From positions 1-41,272 of the forward strand of contig NW_021835278.1 of assembly GCF_006345805.1 (NCBI RefSeq): a DNA stretch of 41,272 nt, given 5' to 3'. The stretch's first letter is position 1. Every line of letters begins with the position of its first letter. The stretch is from Octopus sinensis (taxonomy: Eukaryota). The position numbers and the translations under genes were made by a program. Positions 23,620 to 35,585 of the stretch are shown piece by piece. Under the pieces are notes generated by a model. That model did not search any database, was not told the origin of the DNA, and saw only the letters and a program-made list of their open reading frames with translations.

Positions 23620-24225
23620 TATTTTCATAAGATTAAGAAGTTTCAGTGATATGAGCCATCAGATATATCATGAACTTTCTCGCATATATCATGAACTTTC
23701 TCTTCATTCACCTAAATATGTATGTCTATCATTCTTTTGAACAATACTTCTGACGCTTTTCACACTTACCTTTTATAACACCGTCTTGGAAATTAATTGG
23801 CATGTCTTATAGTTTTGCCGCTTCTCTAGCCAAAACCTTAATAGATATTCCAATCATGAACCTTTATTTATTTTCCACCCTGTTATCATAAGATAAAGGA
23901 AATTCTATGATCTCTCGTATTTCTCATCTTGGAATCTTTGATCATCATATCTGGTGTCCATAACTTTATCACATGGACAATTTATAGAAGGAAATTTCAA
24001 AGAACCTAATAACTCTCATTTGGCATAACAGCCCCTGGTTGCTCATAACAAACCTTTTCATCTTCTTTGATTGGACATTTCCCGCTATTCTGCCATTGTA
24101 TCTTTTTTTCTTCCCCTTCTGCCCAGGCATCTCTTGTTCTATGATATTTTTGTGACGTCTTACCATTTTAGCACACTCTGTCAGCGTTTCTCGTAATTTC
24201 CTCTCCTTTGTCTCCTGTTACTAAA
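23620..24225 (-). mobile_element. Highly decayed pogo-like transposase fragment
   Basis: Broken minus frames ...IIEQEMPGQKGKK..., PIKEDEKVCYEQPGAV, FPLSYDNRV, DMPINF..VIKGK, SDGSY..K resemble the pogo HTH and the DMP...KG.K...ADG.KL stretch; many stops and frameshifts. Confidence 0.45.
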
Positions 24226-24226
24226 T

Positions 24227-24294
<68 letters not shown>

Positions 24295-25582
24295 TTGCTA
24301 CTACTAAAATGGAAATATTAACATATCATCATCCCCTTTATTTCATGCACATATATTGATATATATGTATACACACACACAAATGTATATCTACATATAT
24401 ATACACATATGAATATATATATATATACACATATACACATATGTATACATATACATATATATATATATACACGCACATACACACATATATATATATACAT
24501 ATACGAATATATACATACACATATTCATATATACATATACATATATATATACATATGCATATATATATATAGATACATATCTTTACATATATATTTATAT
24601 ATATTCATACCCACACACGAACACACACACATATATGTAAGCATGCATGTTTGTTTTATGAGTGTATTATTTAGAGACAAATAATGATGTATCCTTTTTG
24701 AGGTATTCCATGCATCGCGCAGAAATGCTGTTTTATCGTTTTTATGTGCGCATACAATCATCGAAGGTTAAATGCAACGTAATGCTTCTAACATAATTTT
24801 GTATTCATATTTACCGCAATGTAACTATTGTATATAATTATTATAAAGGCGAGCTATCAAAGCCTTTACAGAAACCAACGTTTGTATAGCGTTCCCTTCT
24901 ATGAAATTAGAATCGGGATAACGGACACAACATTTTCCAAGATAATTTCCAAATTACCGTAATTTCTCTACTTCCAGCACATTTTTTGTTTGACATTATA
25001 ATCATTTAGCATTGTTATGTCAATTATTTCCACGTTATTGGCATTTCTGTCATCGAAAATGTTATCGAGTGTTTTGTGTGTTTTAGGTGAATGTTAACAT
25101 AAAACAGGGTACTGTGCTGCCATTTTTGTAAGCAATCAAAGCATGTTTCGCTACGCAATTTCTTTAGGCTGTTCAAATCATGTGTATGTCATAGAATAAA
25201 GACGTTTTTCGTTATGGCTATGATTGGCTATGATGGAAAAGGTTGCTTTATAGGAGCTGAAAATGAACCGTTCTCTCAACGTACACTAGGAGCCAGAAAA
25301 AAATTACAGATAGGCACACACACAAACACGCACGCATGTTATTTTCTCTTATTTATCATTCAGACTCTTTCCCTGAAGAAGGAGCTGGTCTCTGACAAAG
25401 ATACAAAGCTCCATCTTTGAAATGTAGATAACGAAAATATGTCACATTTTAAACACCGAAAACACTCTTGCATAGTTGTCCTGTTTTGCTTACAGATGGT
25501 ATTTGTAATGTGCAAATCAGGTGGTTGGTTTCCTTTCTGAAAATATAAGCCTAACCAGACTGGCAGTTAGGTATTTCCTTAC

Positions 25583-25790
25583 AAATACGGCGAAATGCTT
25601 AGCGGTATTTCGTCTGCCGCTACGTTCTGAGTTCAAATTCCGCCGAGGTCAACTTTGCCTTTCATCCTTTCGGGATCTATTAAATAAGTACCAGTTACGC
25701 ACTGGGGTCGATATAATCGGCTTAATCCGTTTGTCTGTCTTTGTCCTCTCTGTGTTTAGCCCCTTGTGGGTAGTAAAGAAATAGGTATTT
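25583..25790 (+). mobile_element. SINE family B unit ending just past the concatemer junction
   Basis: GGCGAAATGCTTAGCGGTATTTCGTC...GTAGTAAAGAAATAGGTATTT. Confidence 0.92.
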
Positions 25791-26246
25791 ACTTAAAAAA
25801 AACCAAGTGTATTTCTGTGTATATAGAGAAGGTATCGAAGAAACAAACAAAAAATAAATAAAACAGATGCTCTTATGCCAAACTTGAAACCAATATTTAG
25901 ATTACTGGGGTCGATAGTGGGGCAGAATCTTTAGCGTGCCTAACATAAAGTTTAGCAGCATTTCTTCTATCCCTTTCTGTTACCAGTTCAAATTCCAAAA
26001 CGTATGCTTTGCCTTTCAAAAAGTCGGTGTCGACAAAATGGAACTGCTGGCGTTGCATCAAAATTTGGAACAATTATAGCGAGTAGTGAGTTGCTAGAAT
26101 CAACAGTGTGACAGACAAGTGCTTAACGGCATTTCTTGCAGGACCATAAGTTCTAAGCTGAAATTCTGTCGAGGTCCCCTTTACCATTTATTCATTCTGT
26201 GTCGATAAAATAAGTATTATTTAAGGTTTGGTTGGATCTAATCAAC

Positions 26247-26590
26247 TACCTATTTCTTTACTACCCACAAGGGGCTAAACACAGAGAGGACAAACAAGGA
26301 CAGACAAAGGGATTAAGTCAATTATATCGACTCTAATGCGTAACTGGTACATATTTAATCAACCCCGAAAGGATGTAAGGCAAAGTCGACCTTGGTGGAT
26401 TTTGAACTCACAACGTAGCGACAGATTTCGTCGAGCGGGGAAACGATTCTACCAGATTTCCGCCTTACTACAATAATAATCTTTTCTAATCTAGGCACAA
26501 GGCCCTAATTTTTTAGGGAGGGGGCCACTCGATTAGATCGGCCCCTGTACGCAAATGGTACTTAATTTATCGACTCCGAAAGGATGAAAG
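26247..26590 (-). mobile_element. SINE family B copy plus a second fragment
   Basis: TACCTATTTCTTTACTACCCACAAGGGG...CCCCGAAAGGATG...TTCCGCCTT (to ~26466); second body and tail piece at ~26480-26590. Confidence 0.85.
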
Positions 26591-27134
26591 GTACTACTGC
26601 AACATGTATAACTATAAGAATAATATATTGAACGGGTAAAACACAAAATGGAGTCTATGTGCATCAAAGAGAGAACCAGTTACCGATTGATGTAAAGAAA
26701 TCGTTAATTCTGAGATCCTCGAAGCCAAGCAAGAACCGACACAAAAATTAAATAGGCGAGAGTACACAAAAGAACGTATGAAGTGGGAAAAGGAAAATAT
26801 AATGATAGAATAGAGTAAGAAAATATTTTTGTGGGTTTGGTACCTGTTTCTATGTTTGTATTCACTAACGATGACACACAGTCAGACGGATACGCATACA
26901 CACACGCACACACACACACACACACACACCTGAGCATAAAAGTGTGTATTGATTGATAATATCGTGCATACGTGCATCTGATTTAAAATCGCACAGACAC
27001 AAAATAATGAACACATAGAGACACACACAGGACGGAATATATATATAACAGAAAAGTATATATGGATACGGATATATGCATATATATATTTATATATCGT
27101 AGGTGATTGTACATATATATATATATATATGTAA

Positions 27135-27171
<37 letters not shown>

Positions 27172-27176
27172 ACTCC

Positions 27177-27214
<38 letters not shown>

Positions 27215-27215
<1 letters not shown>

Positions 27216-27375
27216 CATGACTGTGTGGTACGTAGCTTGCTTAACAACCACATCGTTCTGGGCTCAGTCTCACTGCGTGGTAGCTTGGGTGAGTGTCTTC
27301 TACTATAGCCTCGGGCCGACCAAAGTCTTGTTAGTGGATTTAGTAGATGGAAACCTGTCGTATATATATGTATAT

Positions 27376-27423
<48 letters not shown>

Positions 27424-27630
27424 CACATATGTGTGTTTTTCCCACCACCATTGCTTGACAACGGATGTTGGTTTGTTTACTTCCCCGAAAACTAGTGGTT
27501 TGCAGAAAGAGACCGATACAATAAGTACTAGGCTTACAAGAAATAAATCCTGTGGACGACTTTTTCGACTAAAGGCTGTACTCCAGCATGGCCGCAGTCA
27601 AATGACTGAAACATGTATAAGAATAAGAGA
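27215..27630 (+). mobile_element. SINE family A
   Basis: GGCATGACTGTGTGGTA head, CTCGGGCCGACC, internal (TA)n, CTCCAGCATGGCCGCAGTCAAATGACTGAAAC. Confidence 0.92.
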
Positions 27631-27656
27631 AAGTATATATATATATATATATAATA

Positions 27657-27700
<44 letters not shown>

Positions 27701-27713
27701 CACGGACACACAA

Positions 27714-27760
<47 letters not shown>

Positions 27761-27796
27761 TATATATATATCTATATATTTATCTATCTATCCATC

Positions 27797-27849
<53 letters not shown>

Positions 27850-28244
27850 TATATACCAATGTATATAATACTTACAGACCTACACAGTCTCACACATACA
27901 CCCGCACAAACACATACAGCGATTCGTGTGTGTTATATTTAACATACGTCGACACAATATAAAAGCTTTTCTACTTTTTTTCCAGTTTTTTTATCATTAG
28001 GATATTTGGTTTTGTCTTCTCTAATTTTTTTTCAGGAGATTAAGGGATATCTCATATTGTTATATATATTTATTACATTTATTTTTTGAAGTAATTCATT
28101 CAGCCTTCTTTATATGTTTTTTTAGAAAATATTCTCATAATGAACATGGCGTATCTGAAGACTTGAATCTCTTTTAGAGAAATATCTTATTAGTTTCAAT
28201 CTTGAAGAATATGTCCTAGGAAAATTAAAATAAAAATGAAAATA

Positions 28245-28680
28245 GGCGCAGGAGTGGCTGTGTGGTAAGTAGCTTGCCTACCAACCACATGGTTCTGGGT
28301 TCAGTCCCACTGCGTGGCATCTTGGGCAAATGTCTTCTGCTATAGCCTCGGGCCGACCAATGCCTTGTGAGTGGATTTGGTAGACGGAAACTGAAAGAAG
28401 CCTGTCGTATATGTGTATATATATGTATGTGTATGTATGTGTTTGGGTGTCTGTGTTTGTCCCTCTAGCATTGCTTGACAACCGATGCTGGTGTGTTTAG
28501 GTCCCCGTCACCTAGCGGTTCGGCAAAAGAGACCGATAGAATAAGTACTGGGCTTACAAAGAATAAGTCCCGGGGTCGATTTGCTCGACTAAAGGCGGTG
28601 CTCCAGCATGGCCGCAGTCAAATGACTGAAACAAATAAAAGAGTAAAGAGTAAAAGAGTAAAAGAGTAAAGAGTATAGTA
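28245..28680 (+). mobile_element. SINE family A, full length, low divergence
   Basis: GGCGCAGGAGTGGCTGTGTGG head through the (AAAAGAGT)n tail. Confidence 0.96.
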
Positions 28681-28731
28681 TAAAGCAATAATAAATCTCT
28701 GAGCGAGATGTAAACAGTAAGCGCTCGACAA

Positions 28732-29075
28732 CGTAAAGTATACTAGCCATCTTAATATGGCTAACCACTAGGGGTGGAGGGTGTTACTGTAGTTTTTTAG
28801 CCCCGGGAGATTATCGACTCCAGCTGGCTTTAAACACAACACTGTGCTCTTTAATGATATTCGCAAAGGGAGTTCATCACCTCTCGAAAACCTGCAGTCC
28901 ATGCGTATCACTTAGGTTTTCGAGAGGGGCTGACCTCCCTTTGCAAATATCATTAAAGGGCACAGGATTGTGTCTAAAGCCAGCTGGAGACGATGATCTC
29001 CTGGTGCTAAAAAGCTACAGTAACACACCCCACCCCTAGTAGTTAGCCATATTTAGATGGCTAGTATACTTTACG
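28732..29075. mobile_element. Fold-back element / MITE with 162-bp arms and 20-bp spacer
   Basis: 28732-28893 versus the reverse complement of 28914-29075: about 17 mismatches by hand count, no indels. Confidence 0.93.
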
Positions 29076-29415
29076 AAAATAGTATAATATTACAACTAAT
29101 ACTCTGAAAAGAGTATTTACATTTTCCACGGTATCAAAATATTTAAGAAATAGTCTTTTAGGGAGAGGGTGCAACACGTCTGGTAATAAGCGAAACGCTT
29201 AAACGAATTTGGATGAATCTTGAATACGCTGATGGCGATTTTGCTATTAGCGCGAGGTTCCTGGGCTTGGTTTAATATACTTACAATGAAAGGTGCTGCT
29301 GCCTTGACTAGCCAGCTCTTTAATTCAACATAGTGCATCCAGAAATTCTCTTACCATATCAGATTCTACATACATAAATACATACATACATACACACATA
29401 CATACACATATACAT

Positions 29416-29416
29416 G

Positions 29417-29499
<83 letters not shown>

Positions 29500-29823
29500 A
29501 TCTATCTATCTATCTATCTATCTATCCATCCATCCATCCTTCCATCCATCTATTCATCTGTCTATCTATCTGTCTATCTATCTGTCTATCTATCTTTCTA
29601 TATATCTGTCTACTTACCTGTCTATCTATCTGTCTATCTATCTGTCTATCTATCTTTCTATATATCTGTCTATCTACCTGTCTATCTATCTGTCTATCTA
29701 TCTGTCTATCTATATTTCTATATATCTGTCTATCTACCTGTATATCTATCTATCTATCCATCCATCCATCCATCCATCCATCTATCTATCTATCTATCTA
29801 TGTATACATCCATCCATCTATCC

Positions 29824-29913
<90 letters not shown>
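29416..29913. repeat. (ATCT)n/(ATCC)n tract with a 60-bp higher-order repeat
   Basis: About three near-identical 60-bp periods across ~29561-29750. Confidence 0.95.
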
Positions 29914-29914
<1 letters not shown>

Positions 29915-30750
29915 ATCTACCCGTTCGGGATAAGCTCTACAGACACGGCTCGAGAAACACGGGGCCGACCTGCACGAGATGCGGGCAGAGCGACGAAACC
30001 GTTCTGCACGCACTCGTGCAGTGTCCAACAATTTCCGACCTGTGGGCTTATGTCGAACAACTGCTGTCACGTGTGGGACGAGTCGGTTTATCAGCTGAGT
30101 CTATCGTCAATATTCTCACCGCCTCCTCCTTCAAACGGGAAGGAAGAGCTATTTTCATCATCCTTGTGGCTATGGCGAAAGAATGTATCTGGTGGACGCG
30201 TCTGAAAGGATTGGAGACAAACACTTTCCTCTCTGGTCAATCTCTCATCAACTTCTTCAAGTACCACTTGAAAAGGAAAGTGAGAGTAGAGAGGCAAGTT
30301 TTGTCTAGCGAATGTTTTAAAAAAAGATGGGTGAATGTAGCAAGAATGGCACGTATGAATGACGAAGCCACCTTGAGCATGATCCTATGAACCCAGAAAT
30401 TGAAAACAGAGAGTTGCTTATTCGCAAAAAAAAAAAGAAATATAACATGTGACTCCATTGACCGAGGTTACCGTGGTCTTTTCCGTAGGCTTTTCTTTGC
30501 ACGGGTAAACCTCACCTGTACTCCCCTTTACACTTCATATTGACATTTTTGTGATAACGATCCCTATTGATCAATTTTTTTTCTCCTCTCCCCCTTTTTT
30601 TAACCCCCTTTTTTCTGTCCTCTTTCCCTCCTTTTACGATCCCTTTTGATCGAAACTCCCCCTTCCTTTTTTTTTTAAACCTTCAAAAGAAAAGCTCTAC
30701 CTTGTAATTTGTTCTATCTGTGTGCAGCCCTGTGTGGCTAATAAAGAAAC
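29914..30750 (+). mobile_element. 5'-truncated Tx1/L1-group retrotransposon within (ATCT)n
   Basis: Open frame LPVRDKL...[18 protein letters not shown] (C-terminal CCHC)...stop at 30390, pyrimidine-rich 3' UTR, AATAAA at 30740-30745, then (ATCT)n resumes. Confidence 0.9.
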
Positions 30751-30757
30751 ATATCTG

Positions 30758-30811
<54 letters not shown>

Positions 30812-30950
30812 CATCCATCCATCCATCCACCCATCCATCTATCCATCTATGTATCTATCTATCTAGCTATCTCTCTCTCTCTATCTATCTATCTAGCTAG
30901 CTATCTCTCTCTCTATCTATCTATCTATCAACCTATCTACGTATATATCA
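30751..30950. repeat. (ATCT)n/(ATCC)n tract
   Basis: Direct reading. Confidence 0.96.
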
Positions 30951-31010
30951 ACATACATACATAAACACGTGTATATATATGTATATATATATATATAATA
31001 TATATGTATA

Positions 31011-31055
<45 letters not shown>

Positions 31056-31610
31056 TAGCGGTATAAATTTTATTGTAAACACTCGTACGTTTCGCGGCTC
31101 TTCTCAGATTAGATCCCATCTCCATGAATTCACAAATATATATTTCAATTTCAACTCAAAACCCACATATCTATTGAGAACCATCTATTATAACTTCTCA
31201 TGATTTCCTTATAACTAACTGCTTCATAAGCAAGAATTTACAAGAAAAATACGGAATACAAAGCTATAAAAATAACTACTAACCATTGTATTATAAACTG
31301 GTTTATATTTTAGAGTTTACGTTTAATTTCATCAAACGTTCTTTCATATTTGTCTAACAAATAATTCCTTTACTAGCATTAATGTGTTTGTTGGTGCTAC
31401 AATTTAAAATTTGCTATTTAATATATTTTGTAATATTCCGTACTTGTAATGACAATAGGTTTGACACGTTATTATTAATATGAATCTATATTGAAATTAT
31501 ATTATTTTGAAAGGAGGGCCTGCAGCACAAGCATAAGAACCTCTGTATTCATGTATATGTATTCCTATACACATATACGGACAGACACACACATGTATAT
31601 ATATAATATA

Positions 31611-31643
<33 letters not shown>

Positions 31644-31718
31644 GGCGTGAGTGTGTATGAATGTGAGTATATGTACAAAAAGTTTGTTTACACATTTCCT
31701 GATAGGTATCTATGTGTA

Positions 31719-31761
<43 letters not shown>

Positions 31762-31912
31762 TATTATATATATATATATATATATAGATGTTTATATGTA
31801 TTTATATGAATATATATGTATATATACTCATGTGTATAAATATAAATCTCTATGTATGTATTTGTGTATATATATATATTCATATATATAAATGTATGCA
31901 TATATACATCTG

Positions 31913-31978
<66 letters not shown>

Positions 31979-32714
31979 CATATATGTATGTATGCATATA
32001 TATACAAATATATCCATTTATACATATGTATATCTCTGTGCGTGTGTATGTGTGTCTATGTGTGTGTGTGTGTGTGAATGGATAGATATATTTATACATA
32101 TGCATACATACACATGTATGCGTATTTATATATATCCGAATACACATACACACACACTCCATATTTTCTTCGACAATAATTTTATTTCTAAAGCTTCATT
32201 GAATATCGTATTTGATTGTCCTGCGTATATTTATTTCTAATTATAGAAGAAATTGCGACACGTATCTTGTATGGTTCAAATAGGCATATTAGAAAACACC
32301 TCAAAACAATTTCGAAGGCGCCACACGATTGAATGGATCTGAAGCCAAGTGAATTCAAATCCAATATTTCAATAAGATTTGTGTACAATGCCACCGCATT
32401 CACACTTATTTTTGCTTCATGTGTACGAGATTGTGCCACACAAACACCTTGTGTAGTTGAGAAGTAATTGAGATGGAGAAAGATGCAGCCACTATTCTCT
32501 GATATGCAAACTTACGCACGTGAAGACATGTGTATATATATCTATCTCTATCTCTATCTCACTCTCGCTATATTTATACATATATGCATACATACATACA
32601 CAAACACACACACATACATATATATATACGTGCTTGTACGTGTATACGTCTTTCAAGTTCTATGCAGTAGTATATAATATGCATTTCTCTTTCCCTATAT
32701 ACACATATGAATAC

Positions 32715-32779
<65 letters not shown>

Positions 32780-32864
32780 CTTTTGTTAAAGCTGCAAAAT
32801 TATCACAAAACCGCTACTCAGTTGCACGGTTCCGTTCGCCGGACATTTATGATCAATATGCACG

Positions 32865-32898
<34 letters not shown>

Positions 32899-33530
32899 GA
32901 TACACAGGTCTTTATGTTTGTATCTATAAAAAGTCACACACACATACACGCATGTGTATAACTTTATAAGAAGCTCTCGAAATCGATTTGGAGTGAAAAC
33001 AGATTCGGTAAAATCTCGCATCGCATCACTGAACATGAAAGTGACCAATAGCCGTCACAGGTAATCGAGAAGGGTACCTCTCAAAATATGGATTGACGCT
33101 GAGTGCCATGGAGTGTGCCATCCGTGACAATTCACGTCTTTTACAAAGCTAAATTTAAGGTTTCTGAAATGCAAGAACATGTTTATAAACATACATGGAA
33201 ACTTGGATTGGAAGGGAGGTATATTTAGAAATGAGAAAAGTTCGAACGGGTGAGAATAACCACGAAAAACAGCTTTTGATGATCGGGTAACGTATCAATG
33301 ATTCATTATAATTAAACACACACACACATATTCATCTCTGCATCTATATATAATATATGTATATATACATATATATATACATATTATATATATATACATA
33401 TATACATATATAATATATATATATATATATACATATATATATACATATATATATACATATATATATATACATATATACACACATATATATATACATATAT
33501 ACATACATATAAATATACATATATACATAT

Positions 33531-33564
<34 letters not shown>

Positions 33565-33636
33565 ATATATATAATAGAAATATTAAAATTACTAAGTCTC
33601 TATAAAAGAGATTCCGGCAGCGTTTACTGGAAATTA

Positions 33637-33824
33637 ATTGTTATCGCCATATTAATATGGCATTCTTATCGATATAAGAATAATCGCTGCCGCTGGTCAG
33701 CTCATTGATGGATACAGATCGTATATCAATAGCTATCTTGATGGCGGTGGCCTCATGGAGCTGACCAGCGGCAGCGATTATTCTTATATCTATAAGAATG
33801 CCATATTAATATGGCGATAACAAT
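33637..33824. mobile_element. MITE-like element with 67-bp inverted repeats and 54-bp spacer
   Basis: 33637-33703 versus 33758-33824: one mismatch; the arms contain nested palindromes GCCATATTAATATGGC and ATTCTTAT-N4-ATAAGAAT. Confidence 0.92.
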
Positions 33825-34016
33825 ATATATAAATATATATACTAATATTAAGGGATCAGCAAACGAATGCATCACCACATACCGAAGTTGAGAAATAGCA
33901 GCCAAAATCTAAGCCATATCTTCTACTTAAAAAAGATCTACTGGAGAAACCATAATACTTGAACATTATTCATCCATGCAGAGGGTAACGTAACGAAAAT
34001 AAATCAATATCCGATT

Positions 34017-34106
34017 ATCCATAGACGCGCGTTTCGGAATCAGGTTTTAAATAAAGAATATCCAAAAATATAAACTTTACTAACCACATTCCTCTTCAGT
34101 ATGGAT
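34017..34106 (-). ncRNA. Type I hammerhead ribozyme with canonical core
   Basis: Minus strand ATCCATA-CTGAAGA-GGAAT[...]ATTCC-GAAA-C-GCGC-G-TC-TATGGAT: 7-bp helix I, 5-bp helix II with extension, 2-bp helix III with palindromic loop, GUC site; predicted cut between 34024 and 34023. Confidence 0.8.
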
Positions 34107-34857
34107 TTTCTGTAATAATCCGAAGGTTATAAAACATTAGAATGATGCCTTCAATGTAACGGCCGCTAATGTAAGTACCGCCAGATTCAAAGTATGAATG
34201 AAAGTCGCTTTGCCTCCTCTGCCTTTCCACGTGTGTCTTCAAGTAAATGCTACAGAAAAATCAGTAGCAGTATGTATATGTATGTAATATATACACATGT
34301 GTGCATATAGGTACACATATATGTGCGTGTGTGTGTGTGAGTGTGTGTTTCTTGCCTGCTCGCCAACCCAGCGGGGTGGTGTTGTTCAGAAGGTCAAGCA
34401 ATAATACAATGTGCATTTGGTAACCAGCGATGTAAAACTGCATCTGATTACCTATTCAATCAAGTGATAACGTGACACGTGTATATATGAGGATAGCCAT
34501 AGAGATATAAATATATACAGAAGGAGTTAATAAATTGATAATTATTCTTTACAACTAGGTTTTAATGGATATTTTCTTGTAGATTTAGAATTTGGTAGAA
34601 AGAAAGAAATTCTGAAAAGAATATCTATAACACACATACATTAACACATTCAAACAAAGACACATACATCCAAACATGCATATATATACATACACATTTA
34701 AAAGTGTTTAAACCTCGGGCTTTATAGATATAAATGAATATATGAATATATGTAATTGTTTGGTTTTTCTGTGGATTTTGTAATGTTTCTTTAGTTGTTG
34801 CTCGCATTGCCTCCCCTCGGATAAAAATAGTGTATCATACACACATACACGCACACA

Positions 34858-34952
<95 letters not shown>

Positions 34953-34959
34953 TATATAT

Positions 34960-35343
34960 ATATATAAAAGTAAGTTGTGTGTCTGTCCTCCTACGATTTA
35001 GATTCCTAACTACTCCCACATTTTGCGGTGCAGTTTAACCAAAACCGGGTATCTTATAGTCATGATTCATATCGAGCTCTTCTAGGTATTAACGCGCGTC
35101 TACGATGAGTCTACAATTTAAAAAATAATTTACCATTATTTTTTCCATTTTAATGCATTTTTTTCGCTAAGGGAAGTAACTCTCTAAAAATGTCTACGAT
35201 GAGTCAACGATTTAAAAAAAAAATTACCATAATTTTTTTTCCATTTTTAATGCATTTTTTGCTATTTGTTGGCTATAACTCTCTAAAAATGCTTTATAGT
35301 TATTTCCCTTACAAACCCGAGCAACGCCGGGCGATACTGCTAG
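34960..35343 (+). mobile_element. Non-autonomous Helitron
   Basis: 3' hairpin CCCGAGCAACGCCGGG (35316-35331), 8 nt, CTAG (35340-35343) followed by T; 5' TATAAAAGTAAGTTGTGTGTCTGTC with the TC start lost in (TA)n; internal ~95-bp duplication starting GTCTACGATGAGTC. Confidence 0.8.
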
Positions 35344-35361
35344 TATATATATATATATACA

Positions 35362-35585
35362 TAGTGGCGGACTGGCCGGGTTGCCAGCTTGCCCGATGTC
35401 AAGTGCGGACCCGCGCCATTAGAGTCCATATATGCGGGGCCATGTTATTATCTAAGGGGCCCATTCTCTCAAATTTTCGATTTTTTTTTATTCATTCCTT
35501 GAAAAATGCATGAATTATTTCAGCTTGGCTGTGTTTGTAGACAGTTGGAAAGAATACTTAAAAAAAAAAAGAAATTAAATTATAG
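35362..35585 (+). mobile_element. Possible hAT-type MITE end
   Basis: TAGTGGCGGACTGGCC resembles CAGTGGCGGACTGG-type hAT termini; no partner end found. Confidence 0.3.

Noticed and set aside
25373-25430. CTGAAGA-A-GGAGCT...AGCTCC then GAAA
   Set aside because: Six extra nucleotides precede GAAA and there is no helix III or helix I pairing.
26700-26820. Charged frame EIVNSEILEAKQEPTQKLNRREYTKERMKWEKE
   Set aside because: Bounded by stops with no convincing splice acceptor; explained by purine-rich composition.
31080-31110. Minus-strand GAAACGTACG
   Set aside because: No core or helix II upstream.
32188-32439. 83-aa minus ORF and plus-strand acceptor at ~32246
   Set aside because: No recognisable homology; plus frames hit stops before the candidate donor.
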